From Thermoplasmata archaeon (lineage in GTDB: Archaea > Thermoplasmatota > Thermoplasmata > Lutacidiplasmatales > UBA184), in the NCBI GenBank assembly GCA_021791335.1, contig JAJYWS010000005.1:1-55161 (forward strand): a stretch of DNA of 55,161 nt, read 5' to 3'. The translations under genes were made by a program, and so were the position numbers. Below the pieces are notes generated by a model. The model was not told the origin of the DNA and did not search any database. It worked only from the letters and a program-made list of their open reading frames with translations. This document shows, in pieces, positions 25,426 to 34,692 of this stretch; position 1 is the stretch's first letter; each line of letters starts with the position of its first letter.

Positions 25426-28384
25426 CCAGCCGGGCCGACCACTCGAAACCGTCCTCCGACCACCGTTGAACTCCCGGCCCGTCGGGCAGCGGTCGGTCCT
25501 CGAACTCCAGCCGATCGACCAAAAGGTCGGCGACGACCCGGTCCCGGGCGAGCTCGACCGCCTCCCGGGTCGGCGGGTCGACCGCGAGCGTGAGGTCGAT
25601 CCGGTCGGTGTAGTCGAGCCGGGCCGCCTTGCGGGCCTGCTGGAGGCGCCGAAGCAGCTCGCGCAGCAGCCCTTCCCGGGCGAGCTCCGCGGTCGGCCGG
25701 CGGGGCAGCGCGGCGACGACCCGGTCCTGCTCCCGGCGGATGACCCATTCGGTCTCCGACCAGCCGGACGTGGCGGCGCCCCAGCGGACGGTGCGGACGT
25801 TGAGCTCCTCGGCGAGCAGCCGGTCGGCCTCGTCGCCGAGGGGGGCCCAGCCGGCCGGCCGCGCCGAGGCGTAGGCGAGTTCGGCGAGCGGGATCCGGGC
25901 CTTGACCTCGGCGCGCTGCCGGAGGACCCGGCCCTGCTCCACCTCGGCCCGCAACTCGGCCATCGCCGTCTCGAGCTCGGTCGTCCGGGGAGCGAAGGGG
26001 ACCGGCCAGCGGCCGAGGTGGACCGACGTGTCGGCCGTGGTCCAGCCGGTCCGGGCCACCTCCTGGTGGAGCCACTCGGCGGTGAACGGCAGGAACGGGG
26101 CCAAAAGATGGGCGAGCCCGTCGAGGACCGCGCCGAGGGTCGCGAAGGCGTCGGTCCGGTCGGGGGTGTCCTCCTCCGCCCAGAACCTCGGCCGGGACCG
26201 GCGCAGATACCAGTTGGACAGGTCGTCGACGAAGCCCTGGATCGGCGCCACCGCCGGCCGCGGATCGCCGCTCTCGAGCGCGCGATCCACCGCCTCGCGG
26301 GTCGCCTCCCATCGGGAGAGGATCCACCGGTCGAGGGCGCCGGTCGGATGCGGGGGCCGCCCGTCCCAGCCGGGGCCCCCGGCCCGGGAGTTCTGGAGGT
26401 AGAAGGCGGCGACGTTGAGGAGCGTGCGGAGGAACCGGACCCCGGTCGACTGGACGATCCCGGGCGAGATCCGCATCGGCTCGGTAAAGTCGACCGCGAC
26501 GAACGTCCACCGGAGGGCATCGCCGCCGACCTGGGCGAGCAGCTCGAGGGGGTCGACGGCGTTCCCCTTCGACTTCGACATCTTCCGGCCGTTCTCGTCG
26601 AGGACCATGCCGTTGACGAGGACCCGCCGGTACGCCGGCCGGTCGAAGAGCGCGGTCGCCAGGACGTGCATCGTGTAGAACCAGCCCCGGGTCTGGTCGA
26701 GCCCCTCGCAGATGAAGTCGAGGGGCGCCTGGGGGTCGAAGCGGCCGGACTCGAACGGGTAGTGGTACTGGGCGAACGGCGCGCAGCCGGAGTCGTACCA
26801 GGTGTCGACGGTGTACGGCTCCCGCCGGGTGGCGTCCTGGCAGGTGGCGCACCGCACGCGGAGCCGGTCGACGCCGACCCGGTGGGGGTCGAAGTCGGGC
26901 GGCAGCGGCCCGCCGATCCGTTCGGCCAGCTCGGCGAAGCTGCCGATGCAGGTGGTGTGGCCCTGCGGGCAGACCCAGAGGGGGAGCGGGGTCCCCCAGT
27001 AGCGGTTGCGCGAGAGCGCCCAGTCCTTCGCGTCGGTGAGGAAGTTGCCGAACCGGCCGTCGCGCAGGTACGCCGGGATCCAGTCGACCGTCTGGTTGTG
27101 GGCGACGAGCCGGTCGGTCAGCCGCCGGGTGCGGAGGAACCAGGAGTCGATGGCGCGGTAGAGGAGCGGGGTGTCGCACCGCCAGCAGAACGGGTAGGTG
27201 TGCCGGATCGTTCCCTTCGCGTAGAGGAGCCCCCGGGCCTCCAGATCCGCCGTCAGGATCGGGTCGGCGGTCTTGAAGAACTTGCCCCGGACCGGCGGTA
27301 CCCGGTCGGTGAACCGGCCCCGGCTGTCGAGCGGATCGAAGCTCCCGACGTGGGCCGCCTCGCCGATCCGCTGATCCTCCGGTCCGAAGCTCGGGGAGGT
27401 GTGGACGAGGCCGGTCCCCTCCCCGGCGGTCACGCTGTCGTCGGTGACGACCCGGTAGCGCCCCGGCCCCGGACCGGCGAAGTCGAAGGGGGGCCGGTAC
27501 TCCCGGCCGGCGAGGTCGGAGCCCCGGCACCGCTCGATGACCCGGTCCCGGGGGAGGCCGTAGCGTTCGAGCGCCTCCTCGGCGAGGACCAGCTCCTCCC
27601 CGTCGTCCCCCGTGACCGTCACGTAGATGAGGTCGGACCGGGCCGCCACCAGCAGGTTCGCGGGGAGGGTCCAGGGCGTCGTCGTCCAGACCAGCAGGCT
27701 CCGGCGGGGACCGTGGGTCGGGAGCAGCGGGAAGCGGACGGTGACCGACGGGTCGGTCGCCTCCCGGTACCCCTGGGCGACCTCGTGGGAGCTCAACGGG
27801 GTCTCGCACCGGGGGCAGTAGGGCAGGACGTAGTGGCCCTTCTCCAGCAATTGCCGGTCGAAGAGCGTCTTGAGCGACCACCAGACGCTCTCGATGTAGG
27901 CCGGCTGCATGGTGAAGTAGGCGTGGTCGTAGTCGAGCCAGTAGCCGATGCGCCGGCTCATCTCGACGAACAGCCCCGCCGCGGTCGTCGCCTCGGTCCG
28001 GCAGGCGTCGGAGAACCGGCCGACGCCGTACGTCTCGATCTCGAGCTTGGATTTGAGGCCGATCTGCTTCTCCACCATGAGCTCGACCGGGAGCCCGTGG
28101 CAGTCCCAGCCGGCCATCGACGAGAGGATCCGGAACCCCTTCGCGCGCCGGTACCTCAGCTGGAGGTCCTTGAGGATCCGTTGGACCACATGGCCCATGT
28201 GCGGAGTGCCGTTCGCCGTCGGCGGACCCTCGGTGAACCGGAAGATGGGCGCGCCCGGTCGGTCGGCGAGCGCCCGGGGGATGACGCGGGTCGTCTCCCA
28301 GTACCGGCTCACCTGGGCCTCGATCTCGCGCAGCGAGATCGGGCGGGAGCCGGAAGCCTCGGGCGCGGCCACGTCGGTCTCCAA
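25391..28384 (-). CDS. ileS: Isoleucyl-tRNA synthetase (archaeal/eukaryote-like type 2)
   Basis: EGPPTANGTPHMGH (HIGH), GWDCHGLPVE, WTTTPWTLP, DWALSRNRYWGTPLP, EGLDQTRGWFY and KMSKS. The start may be GTG28372, since TTAT lies 25 nt upstream of it. Confidence 0.97.
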   Translation of the reverse strand: METDVAAPEASGSRPISLREIEAQVSRYWETTRVIPRALADRPGAPIFRFTEGPPTANGTPHMGHVVQRILKDLQLRYRRAKGFRILSSMAGWDCHGLPVELMVEKQIGLKSKLEIETYGVGRFSDACRTEATTAAGLFVEMSRRIGYWLDYDHAYFTMQPAYIESVWWSLKTLFDRQLLEKGHYVLPYCPRCETPLSSHEVAQGYREATDPSVTVRFPLLPTHGPRRSLLVWTTTPWTLPANLLVAARSDLIYVTVTGDDGEELVLAEEALERYGLPRDRVIERCRGSDLAGREYRPPFDFAGPGPGRYRVVTDDSVTAGEGTGLVHTSPSFGPEDQRIGEAAHVGSFDPLDSRGRFTDRVPPVRGKFFKTADPILTADLEARGLLYAKGTIRHTYPFCWRCDTPLLYRAIDSWFLRTRRLTDRLVAHNQTVDWIPAYLRDGRFGNFLTDAKDWALSRNRYWGTPLPLWVCPQGHTTCIGSFAELAERIGGPLPPDFDPHRVGVDRLRVRCATCQDATRREPYTVDTWYDSGCAPFAQYHYPFESGRFDPQAPLDFICEGLDQTRGWFYTMHVLATALFDRPAYRRVLVNGMVLDENGRKMSKSKGNAVDPLELLAQVGGDALRWTFVAVDFTEPMRISPGIVQSTGVRFLRTLLNVAAFYLQNSRAGGPGWDGRPPHPTGALDRWILSRWEATREAVDRALESGDPRPAVAPIQGFVDDLSNWYLRRSRPRFWAEEDTPDRTDAFATLGAVLDGLAHLLAPFLPFTAEWLHQEVARTGWTTADTSVHLGRWPVPFAPRTTELETAMAELRAEVEQGRVLRQRAEVKARIPLAELAYASARPAGWAPLGDEADRLLAEELNVRTVRWGAATSGWSETEWVIRREQDRVVAALPRRPTAELAREGLLRELLRRLQQARKAARLDYTDRIDLTLAVDPPTREAVELARDRVVADLLVDRLEFEDRPLPDGPGVQRWSEDGFEWSARLVKVGPAPERRP

Positions 28385-28417
28385 AGGCCGGATCAGATAA
28401 CGGCGACGACCGGCGCG

Positions 28418-29236
28418 CTAGCGGGTCATCCCGTAGGGCGGGGGGGAGACCGAGGAGGGGCCGACCCGGCTCGACGGGTGGGCGCGGAGGATCCGGCCGT
28501 CGTAGCGGTCGATCCGGCAATCGGCGCCGACCGTGATCGTGTCGGCCTTGAGATAGCCCACGTGGACCCCCTCCAGCTCGGCCGACCGGGCGTCGATCCG
28601 GAGGACCGAGAGCCCGGCCTCCCCGCGGCCGAGCACCTGACGCGCCAGGTGCCGGAGCGGGGTCGGCATCCACGACTGCATCGGCACCGCCTCCCGGGTG
28701 ATCCGGACCGTGTCGGCCGTGAGGTGCTCAAGGGTCGACGGGCCCCGGAGGGTGGCGTCGAAAAGGGTCACCGAGAGGTCGCCCCGGAGCTGGAGCGCGC
28801 CCCGGAGGACGAGCGTGTGGGCCTCGATCCGGGGGGCGTCGAGGAGGCCGGTCACCGAGAGTCCCCGGTCGACCCGGACGGGTCCCGCGAACTGGGCGAG
28901 GCCGTCGATCTCCGCCTCCCCGGCGTGGAACTCCGCGTCGCCCCGGTAGCTGCCCCGGAGCCTCAGCCGCCCGGAGATCTCGGTCGGTCCGTGGACCTCC
29001 AGGAGCCCGTGCGCCTCGATCTGCTCGGCCGTCAGGCGGCCCCCGATGGTGACCCGGTCCGAGATCTCGGCGACGCCGATCTCGGCATCCCCCACGATCC
29101 GGGCGGCCCCCTGGAGCCGCCAGGCCGACGCGGTCAGGGTCGCGTAGCGGACCACGCCGCGGTCCCGGAGGAACTTCGACCGGTCGGTCGGAGCTGGGGA
29201 GGGGCCGGGCACGGCCGACGAGGAGGCCGCGCTCAT
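28418..29236 (-). CDS. Bactofilin-like / polymer-forming cytoskeletal beta-helix protein (YhbE/YhbF-like)
   Basis: Repeated short beta-strand units (V.G...I.G.L); C-terminal IDARSAELEGVHVGYLKADTITVGADCRIDRYDG; ATGA overlap with the CoA-binding gene. Confidence 0.6.
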   Translation of the reverse strand: MSAASSSAVPGPSPAPTDRSKFLRDRGVVRYATLTASAWRLQGAARIVGDAEIGVAEISDRVTIGGRLTAEQIEAHGLLEVHGPTEISGRLRLRGSYRGDAEFHAGEAEIDGLAQFAGPVRVDRGLSVTGLLDAPRIEAHTLVLRGALQLRGDLSVTLFDATLRGPSTLEHLTADTVRITREAVPMQSWMPTPLRHLARQVLGRGEAGLSVLRIDARSAELEGVHVGYLKADTITVGADCRIDRYDGRILRAHPSSRVGPSSVSPPPYGMTR

Positions 29237-29670
29237 GGCCGCCCGCCGTCCGAGGCGCCGAGGAGCCTCCGATGCTCCTGCATGATGCAGCGGTCCTCCA
29301 CGACGACCCGGCCGGCCGCCCGCCCCCGGGCCGCGGCGGCCGGGTGGGCGACCCCGAGCTGCATCCAGATGCCGAGCACCTCGGGGCGCTCGAGCGCCTC
29401 GGCGACGACCGGTTCGACCTGGTCGCTGCGCCGGAAGATGTCGACCAGATCGACGCGGGTCGTCGGCGGGATGGCGGTGAGGGAGGGGTAGGACGTCTCC
29501 CCGAGGATCTCGGCGGCCATCGGGTTCACGGGGATCACCCGGAAGCCGTTCGACTGGAGGTAGCGGGCCACCTGGTTCGAATCCCGGTCGGCCTTGTCCG
29601 AAAGGCCGACGACCGCGACCGTGCGGCTGCGCTGCAGGAGCTCTCGGAGCTGGGCGTCGTCGGTCGGCAT
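29233..29670 (-). CDS. CoA-binding protein (YccU-like)
   Basis: VAVVGLSDKADRDS, VIPVNP, VDLVDIFRRS, WMQLG and VVEDRC. Confidence 0.92.
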   Translation of the reverse strand: MPTDDAQLRELLQRSRTVAVVGLSDKADRDSNQVARYLQSNGFRVIPVNPMAAEILGETSYPSLTAIPPTTRVDLVDIFRRSDQVEPVVAEALERPEVLGIWMQLGVAHPAAAARGRAAGRVVVEDRCIMQEHRRLLGASDGGRP

Positions 29671-29692
29671 GGCGGCGCGCCACCCCCTCCCG

Positions 29693-30556
29693 TTACAAGA
29701 CGGTAGCGGGGGGTCCGGCCGGTCGGCCGGGCGTGGGCGGCCCCGACCAGGGACTCTTAAGGTAGAGGAGGAACCCGATCAGCACCCCGATCAGGATGAG
29801 ACCGTAGTGGAGGCCCAGGGCGGCCGGCGCGTCCAGCAGGGAGTAGAAGGCGATCGCGTCGGTCGCCCCGTGCAGGACCGCGACGACCACGAGGTTCCCT
29901 CCCGAGGCCCGGACCGCCCCGGCGAAGGCCAGGCCGAGGAAGAACAGGGTCGGGAAGATCAGCGGGGCCGCCACGGTGTAGGTCGAGGCGTAGTAGAGAT
30001 GGACGAGGGCGAAGAGGGCGCTCGAGCCGATCGCCGGGGCGAGCCACCGCTCGCTCCGGCCGAGCCAGTAGCCGAAGATCCAGCCGCGGAACAGCACCTC
30101 CTCGAAGGCGCCGGCCACGAAGGAGAAGCCGATGTAGAACCAGGGGTTGCTCGCCGCGGCCACCAGCTCGGGATTCGGCTGGTTGAGCAGGCCCAGCGCC
30201 GAGGGGTCGACCGCCTGGTAGACCGCGGCCAGGACGACCGTCACCCCGAGGGCCAGGAGGGAGAGCAGCCCGTACCATCGGAGCCCCTCCCCGATCGCCC
30301 GGCGCATCCCCGTGCGGTACCGCCTCAGGGGGGCGCCGCCGACCAGGAGGGCGAAGACCAGGACCGGCAGCAGGTAGACGACCGCCACGTCCCCGAGCAG
30401 ACCGCCGTAGACGACCCGGGCGGCCGGCAGCAGTTCCGGGACGAAGTACTGGGAGTAGATCGCCACGACCGTGACGGCGGTGGCGATGAGGTAGTTGCGG
30501 AGCCCCCCCGGGCGGCCCCGGCCGGGGGCCGGATCCCCGGTCTGGGCCCCGGCCAT
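29693..30556 (-). CDS. CPBP (CAAX/Abi) family intramembrane glutamic protease
   Basis: FEEVLFRG, FALVH and HGATD motifs with multiple TM helices. Confidence 0.9.
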   Translation of the reverse strand: MAGAQTGDPAPGRGRPGGLRNYLIATAVTVVAIYSQYFVPELLPAARVVYGGLLGDVAVVYLLPVLVFALLVGGAPLRRYRTGMRRAIGEGLRWYGLLSLLALGVTVVLAAVYQAVDPSALGLLNQPNPELVAAASNPWFYIGFSFVAGAFEEVLFRGWIFGYWLGRSERWLAPAIGSSALFALVHLYYASTYTVAAPLIFPTLFFLGLAFAGAVRASGGNLVVVAVLHGATDAIAFYSLLDAPAALGLHYGLILIGVLIGFLLYLKSPWSGPPTPGRPAGPPATVL

Positions 30557-30609
30557 CGCAGCCCCGGGACCCCGGGCGGCTACATATCCGTGACCGCGGT
30601 CGGGCGGTC

Positions 30610-32451
30610 GTGCCGCCAGTGGAGTTCCGGGTCCTGGGCAAGGTCGTCCCCCGCAGCGATGAGAGCGACTTCGATCCCGTCACCCTGAGGCTCCGCCGGG
30701 AGGGGGTCCCCCAGTTCCTGAACCCGCTCGACCAGCGGGCGCTGCGGATCGCGCTGGATCTCCGGGCGCCGGCCGAACCGGTCCGGCTGCTCTCGCTCGG
30801 CCCGCCGGGGGTGGCCCCGGTCCTGGCCGAGAGCTACGCCCTGGGGGTCGACGAGATCGACCTCCTGTCCGATCCCGCGTTCGCGGGCTCCGACACGCTG
30901 GCCACGGCTCGGCTCATCGCCCGCGCGGTCGGCCGCGCCCCCGCCTCCACGATCCTCGTGACCGGCGAGCGGAGCACCGATAGCGAGACCGGGCAGGTGC
31001 CGGCCCAGATCGCCGAGATCCTCGGCTGGCCGCTCTTCAGCGGGGCCCGGGAGATCCGCCGGCCGCCCGACGGCGATCGGTGGGAGATCACGACCGATTC
31101 GGAGCCGGGGTGGAGCCGGTACCGGGCCGCGCCGCCGTTCGTCGTCAGTGTCGGGGAAAAGGTCGCCCCGCTCCGCAAGGCGGCCCCCGAGGAGATCGAG
31201 GCCGCCCGCCGACGGCCCGTCCCCGTCCACTCGGCCGAGGCGCTCGGCGTGGACCCTGCGACGGTGGGGGCCCGAGGGTCACCGACCCGGGTGCGGTGGT
31301 GGCGGCCCGACGCCCCCCGGCGGAGCCCCGTGGTGCTTGCCGAGGGGCCGCTCGAGGAGCGGATCGGCCGGGCCGCGGCGATTCTCCGGTCCCGATGGGA
31401 ACGATCGGGGGCCGGGGCCCCGGCCGGGTCGCCCGGCGCCCCCCTCCGGCTCACGGGTCCCATGGCGGTCCTGGTCACCGACGAGGACGGCCACCCCGAC
31501 CCCGAGGCCATCGCGATGCTTTCCGCGCTGCGGGCGCGGGCGCCCCGGGTCGAGATCCGGGCGCTCTGGGTCGGAGCGACGCCCTCGACCGCGGAGGAAG
31601 AACGGCTCCGCCGGGCCGGCGCCGATCGGGCCGACCACTGGCCGGTGCCGGACGGGATCTGGGATGCGGCCGGGGTCGCCGAAGCGCTGGCCGGCCTCTT
31701 CCGCTCCTCCGGGCCGTTCCTCGGGGGGCTTTTCGTCTCCCACCCCTTCGGCCGAGCGGTCGCGGGCCGGCTGGCGGCGCGGCTCGGATGCGGCCTGACG
31801 GGGGACGCCGTCGGCCTGGCCGAGGAGGAGGGTGCGCCGGTCTGGATCAAGCCGGCGTCGGGCGGCTCGGCGAGCGCGGGGATCGCCGCGAGCGGCCTCC
31901 CCCACCTGGCCACGGTCCGGCCCGGGGCGTTCGAGGACGCGGGCCGTCGCCCCGATCCGGGGCCGATCGACTGGTCGAATCACGCCGCCCTTTCCACCGA
32001 GGGCCGGTATGCCCGGGTCGCGGCGGACCGGACGCCGGATCCGGCGCTCTCCCGTCTGCGGCGGGCGGAGGTCGTGGTCGTGGTCGGCCGGGGCTCGGGG
32101 GGCCCGGAGCGCTGGACCCGGATCGCGCCGATCCTGGAGCGTTGGGGGGCCGCCTGGGGGGCGACCCGGAAGGTGGTCGACGCCGAGCGGTTGCCGAAGG
32201 GGCGCCAGATCGGACTCACGGGCGTCTCGATCGCCCCGCGGCTTGCGGTGCTGCTCGGGGTCGGGGGGTCATCGAACCATCTGATCGGACTCCGTCGGGC
32301 CGGCACCCTGCTCGCCGTCAATTCGGATCCGGCGGCCCCGGTCTTCGCGGGGGTCGATGTGGGGATCGTCGCGCCGATCGAGGAGGTCCTCCCCCTCCTG
32401 CCCGGGGCGTTCGGGTTCCTCGGGGGAGCCTCTCGGTCCCCGGAGCCGTAG
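30610..32451 (+). CDS. Fused electron-transfer flavoprotein beta-alpha
   Basis: N-terminal ETF-beta (NPLDQRAL, FAGSDTLATA, GERSTDSETGQVP); C-terminal ETF-alpha (GLTGD, ATVRPG, VGRG, GATRKVVD, QIGLTG, GVGGSSNHLIG, AVNSDPAAPVF). Confidence 0.85.
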   Translation: MPPVEFRVLGKVVPRSDESDFDPVTLRLRREGVPQFLNPLDQRALRIALDLRAPAEPVRLLSLGPPGVAPVLAESYALGVDEIDLLSDPAFAGSDTLATARLIARAVGRAPASTILVTGERSTDSETGQVPAQIAEILGWPLFSGAREIRRPPDGDRWEITTDSEPGWSRYRAAPPFVVSVGEKVAPLRKAAPEEIEAARRRPVPVHSAEALGVDPATVGARGSPTRVRWWRPDAPRRSPVVLAEGPLEERIGRAAAILRSRWERSGAGAPAGSPGAPLRLTGPMAVLVTDEDGHPDPEAIAMLSALRARAPRVEIRALWVGATPSTAEEERLRRAGADRADHWPVPDGIWDAAGVAEALAGLFRSSGPFLGGLFVSHPFGRAVAGRLAARLGCGLTGDAVGLAEEEGAPVWIKPASGGSASAGIAASGLPHLATVRPGAFEDAGRRPDPGPIDWSNHAALSTEGRYARVAADRTPDPALSRLRRAEVVVVVGRGSGGPERWTRIAPILERWGAAWGATRKVVDAERLPKGRQIGLTGVSIAPRLAVLLGVGGSSNHLIGLRRAGTLLAVNSDPAAPVFAGVDVGIVAPIEEVLPLLPGAFGFLGGASRSPEP

Positions 32452-32459
32452 CGCCGGCC

Positions 32460-32687
32460 TCAGCGCCGCCGGACCGTCCGCAGCGTCTGCTCGGCCGCCC
32501 GGATGCACGCAAAGAGGTCATCGGCGGTGGCGCGGACGCTCGCGGCGGTCGGCCCGCTCCACCGGAGTTCCAGTGTCGATCCGATCCGTTCGGCCCGGAC
32601 CTGCGGCGGGTGGTCGGTGGCGATCGCCCGGGCCACCTGATCGGCCATCCGGGCGTCGGGGTACTCCCGGCGGGCGGTGACCGTCAC
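32460..32687 (-). CDS. pcc1: KEOPS complex subunit Pcc1
   Basis: 75 aa; A..VARAIATD...ASVRATADDLFACIRAAE matches the Pcc1 pattern; GTGA overlap with the DUF1028 gene. Confidence 0.75.
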   Translation of the reverse strand: MTVTARREYPDARMADQVARAIATDHPPQVRAERIGSTLELRWSGPTAASVRATADDLFACIRAAEQTLRTVRRR

Positions 32688-33682
32688 TTCGACCGGCGGG
32701 ACGGCTTTCGGGGGGTCGGGCGGGATCGGTCACCCCCTGGGGCGGACGCCCCGGGACCCCGTTCGAGTGCGCCCGGCACGACGGGGGCGGTGGTGGTGCG
32801 GCGGGCGACCTCGGCCGCCGCCCGCTCGGCCAGGTAGTGCATCACCGACGGCCAGATCTTCCCGTCCGGCCGTTGCTTGTTCTCGAAGTTGTTCTCGCCG
32901 AGGAACCGTTCGAAGGCGGTGCGGGAGGCGGCGTCCCAGCTCCCGCTGCGCGGCCCATGGTAGTAGCCGAGGACTCCGAGATCGTGTTGGAGGGCCACCG
33001 CGACCTCGCCCTCGATGGGCCGGGCCGTCGCCGGATCCTCCCGGTCCAGCAGGGTGAGATCGTAGAGGCGGAAGATCCGGCGCAGCTCCTCGATCGGGGA
33101 CGGGTGGTCGTCGACCCGCAGATCCACCCAGCGATCGCTGCCCTCGTCATAGCCGCCCTTCTCGCGGACGATCAGCATCGCCGCCGACTGCATCCCCCGG
33201 CGGTCGCCGCCCTCGCGCTGGCCGGCGGCGAGGGCCGAGAGCAGCCGCTCGGGAAGATCCCCGGGGGTCGTCTCGTAGGCGCGGGCCATCGCTTCGACGA
33301 CCGCCGGCGCGAAGAGGATGTTCCCCTGGCAGGTGAAGCCGGAGCCCACCACATGGCCGGCCCACTCCATGCAGGCCGTGCCGGTGTGGGCGGCCGCCCC
33401 CCCGCGGGCATCGACGACGCCGAGCTGGCGGTGATCGCGTCGATCGTCGCTCGCGACCAGGGTGCGGACGACCTCCTCGGCCGACCGGCCTTCCCGGAGG
33501 AGATCGAGCCCCCGGGGCCCGTAGGTCACGTTGGCATACGCCTGCGTCGCGAGCGCGCCGACCTTGGCGGCCGCCCAGGGGACGACCGCGCCGACCGAGA
33601 TGAACTTCGACTGGACCGCCACGCCCCAGGTACCTCGGTCGGGGTCGTGGGCGACGATCGAGAAGGTGCCGAATCGGACCAT
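32684..33682 (-). CDS. DUF1028 (Ntn-hydrolase-like) protein with C-terminal peptidoglycan-binding-like domain
   Basis: GTFSIVAHD, VGAVVPWA..GALATQ, RQLGVVD, QGNIL, GGDRRGMQSAA, DLRVDDHPSPIEEL and LGYY.G...G.WD...ENNFEN. Confidence 0.9.
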   Translation of the reverse strand: MVRFGTFSIVAHDPDRGTWGVAVQSKFISVGAVVPWAAAKVGALATQAYANVTYGPRGLDLLREGRSAEEVVRTLVASDDRRDHRQLGVVDARGGAAAHTGTACMEWAGHVVGSGFTCQGNILFAPAVVEAMARAYETTPGDLPERLLSALAAGQREGGDRRGMQSAAMLIVREKGGYDEGSDRWVDLRVDDHPSPIEELRRIFRLYDLTLLDREDPATARPIEGEVAVALQHDLGVLGYYHGPRSGSWDAASRTAFERFLGENNFENKQRPDGKIWPSVMHYLAERAAAEVARRTTTAPVVPGALERGPGASAPGGDRSRPTPRKPSRRSK

Positions 33683-33705
33683 GCCGGCGCAACCGATCGC
33701 GCCGT

Positions 33706-34059
33706 TTAATGGCTCCGTTTCGGCCCCGGAAGGAGCCGGGGCGGCGGCCGGGGGGCCCCCGTGGGGTCCAGGAGATCGCCCAGCACCGCCTCGACCTCCG
33801 CATCGGCTTCGGCGGTCCGCCCCTGGGTGCGCAGCCGGGCCGCCCGGTAAAGCCGCGACCGGGCGTCGCCGGTCGATCCGCCGGCCCGGTCCTCGAGGTC
33901 GAGGAGCCTCAGGGCCAGCCGTTGGCGGTTCGTCCCCCGGTCCTCTTCGGGGTCGGGGGATGTCGAATCGGGGGTGCGGGGCACGTAGGCCACGAGCCCC
34001 CGGGGCCAGTCGCGCACCTCGCCCTCGCCCCGACGGATCGCGGGGCGCTTCTCCGCCAT
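33706..34059 (-). CDS. Hypothetical protein (117 aa) in the ferredoxin-GGR operon
   Basis: ATG 3 nt after the upstream stop; coding-like composition. Confidence 0.55.
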   Translation of the reverse strand: MAEKRPAIRRGEGEVRDWPRGLVAYVPRTPDSTSPDPEEDRGTNRQRLALRLLDLEDRAGGSTGDARSRLYRAARLRTQGRTAEADAEVEAVLGDLLDPTGAPRPPPRLLPGPKRSH

Positions 34060-34061
34060 CG

Positions 34062-34676
34062 CTACGCCGGCCCGGGGGGCGGCTTCGTCGCGGGGGCGGA
34101 CGGGAGCGGCACCTGCGTGCGGACCGCCGCCCACAGGGCGTCGATGGGTGCGTAGAAGGCATCGGTCGCGCCGTGGGCCTGGAGCTCGACGCGGGCCGGT
34201 CCGATCGGGCCGGCCGCGGCGCCCAGGTCGACTCCGTGGCCCGCTGCCCATTGGACGGTGCCCTCGGCCAAGGCGAGCTGGAACTCGGCCTCCCGACGGT
34301 CCTTGCGGCGACCCCGCTCTTCGGGGGTCGCGGCGGCGTCGGGATCCCACGCCGGCGGCTGGGGGGCCGGGATCTCGACCCTCAGCGACCGGAACGGCTC
34401 GGGGATCGTCGGCCAACGCGGCTCGTGGAACCGGACGGCGAGTTGATCGAGGTGGGTCTGCGTGGTCGGGTAGTCGCCTTGGGCAAAGGCGGCCTCGGCC
34501 TTCAGGAGGGGGGTGGTGAGGTCGGGGTGCGGACTCCCCTTCCAGAGGTCGAGCCGCAAGGCGACCCGGAACGGGGCGAGCCGCCGCACCAGCTTCCGCT
34601 CGACCGGATCGGACCGCGCGGTCGGCAGGACGGGGACCTCGGCGGGCGCCGGGGGTTTGTTCGGGGCACCGGGCAT
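34062..34676 (-). CDS. Hypothetical protein (204 aa) downstream of GGR
   Basis: Coding-like composition; Trp/Pro-rich EPRWPTIPEPF segment; co-oriented with GGR. Confidence 0.7.
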   Translation of the reverse strand: MPGAPNKPPAPAEVPVLPTARSDPVERKLVRRLAPFRVALRLDLWKGSPHPDLTTPLLKAEAAFAQGDYPTTQTHLDQLAVRFHEPRWPTIPEPFRSLRVEIPAPQPPAWDPDAAATPEERGRRKDRREAEFQLALAEGTVQWAAGHGVDLGAAAGPIGPARVELQAHGATDAFYAPIDALWAAVRTQVPLPSAPATKPPPGPA

Positions 34677-34692
34677 GGGCCTCTCGGGTCGG

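Noticed and set aside
25466..29491. 1341-aa plus-strand ORF, and many other long Arg/Pro/Gly-rich ORFs such as 25341..28673, 47868..50324 and 36222..38531
   Set aside because: These are antisense or off-frame shadows of clearly identifiable genes. Stop codons are scarce at this GC content and the translations have no family motifs.
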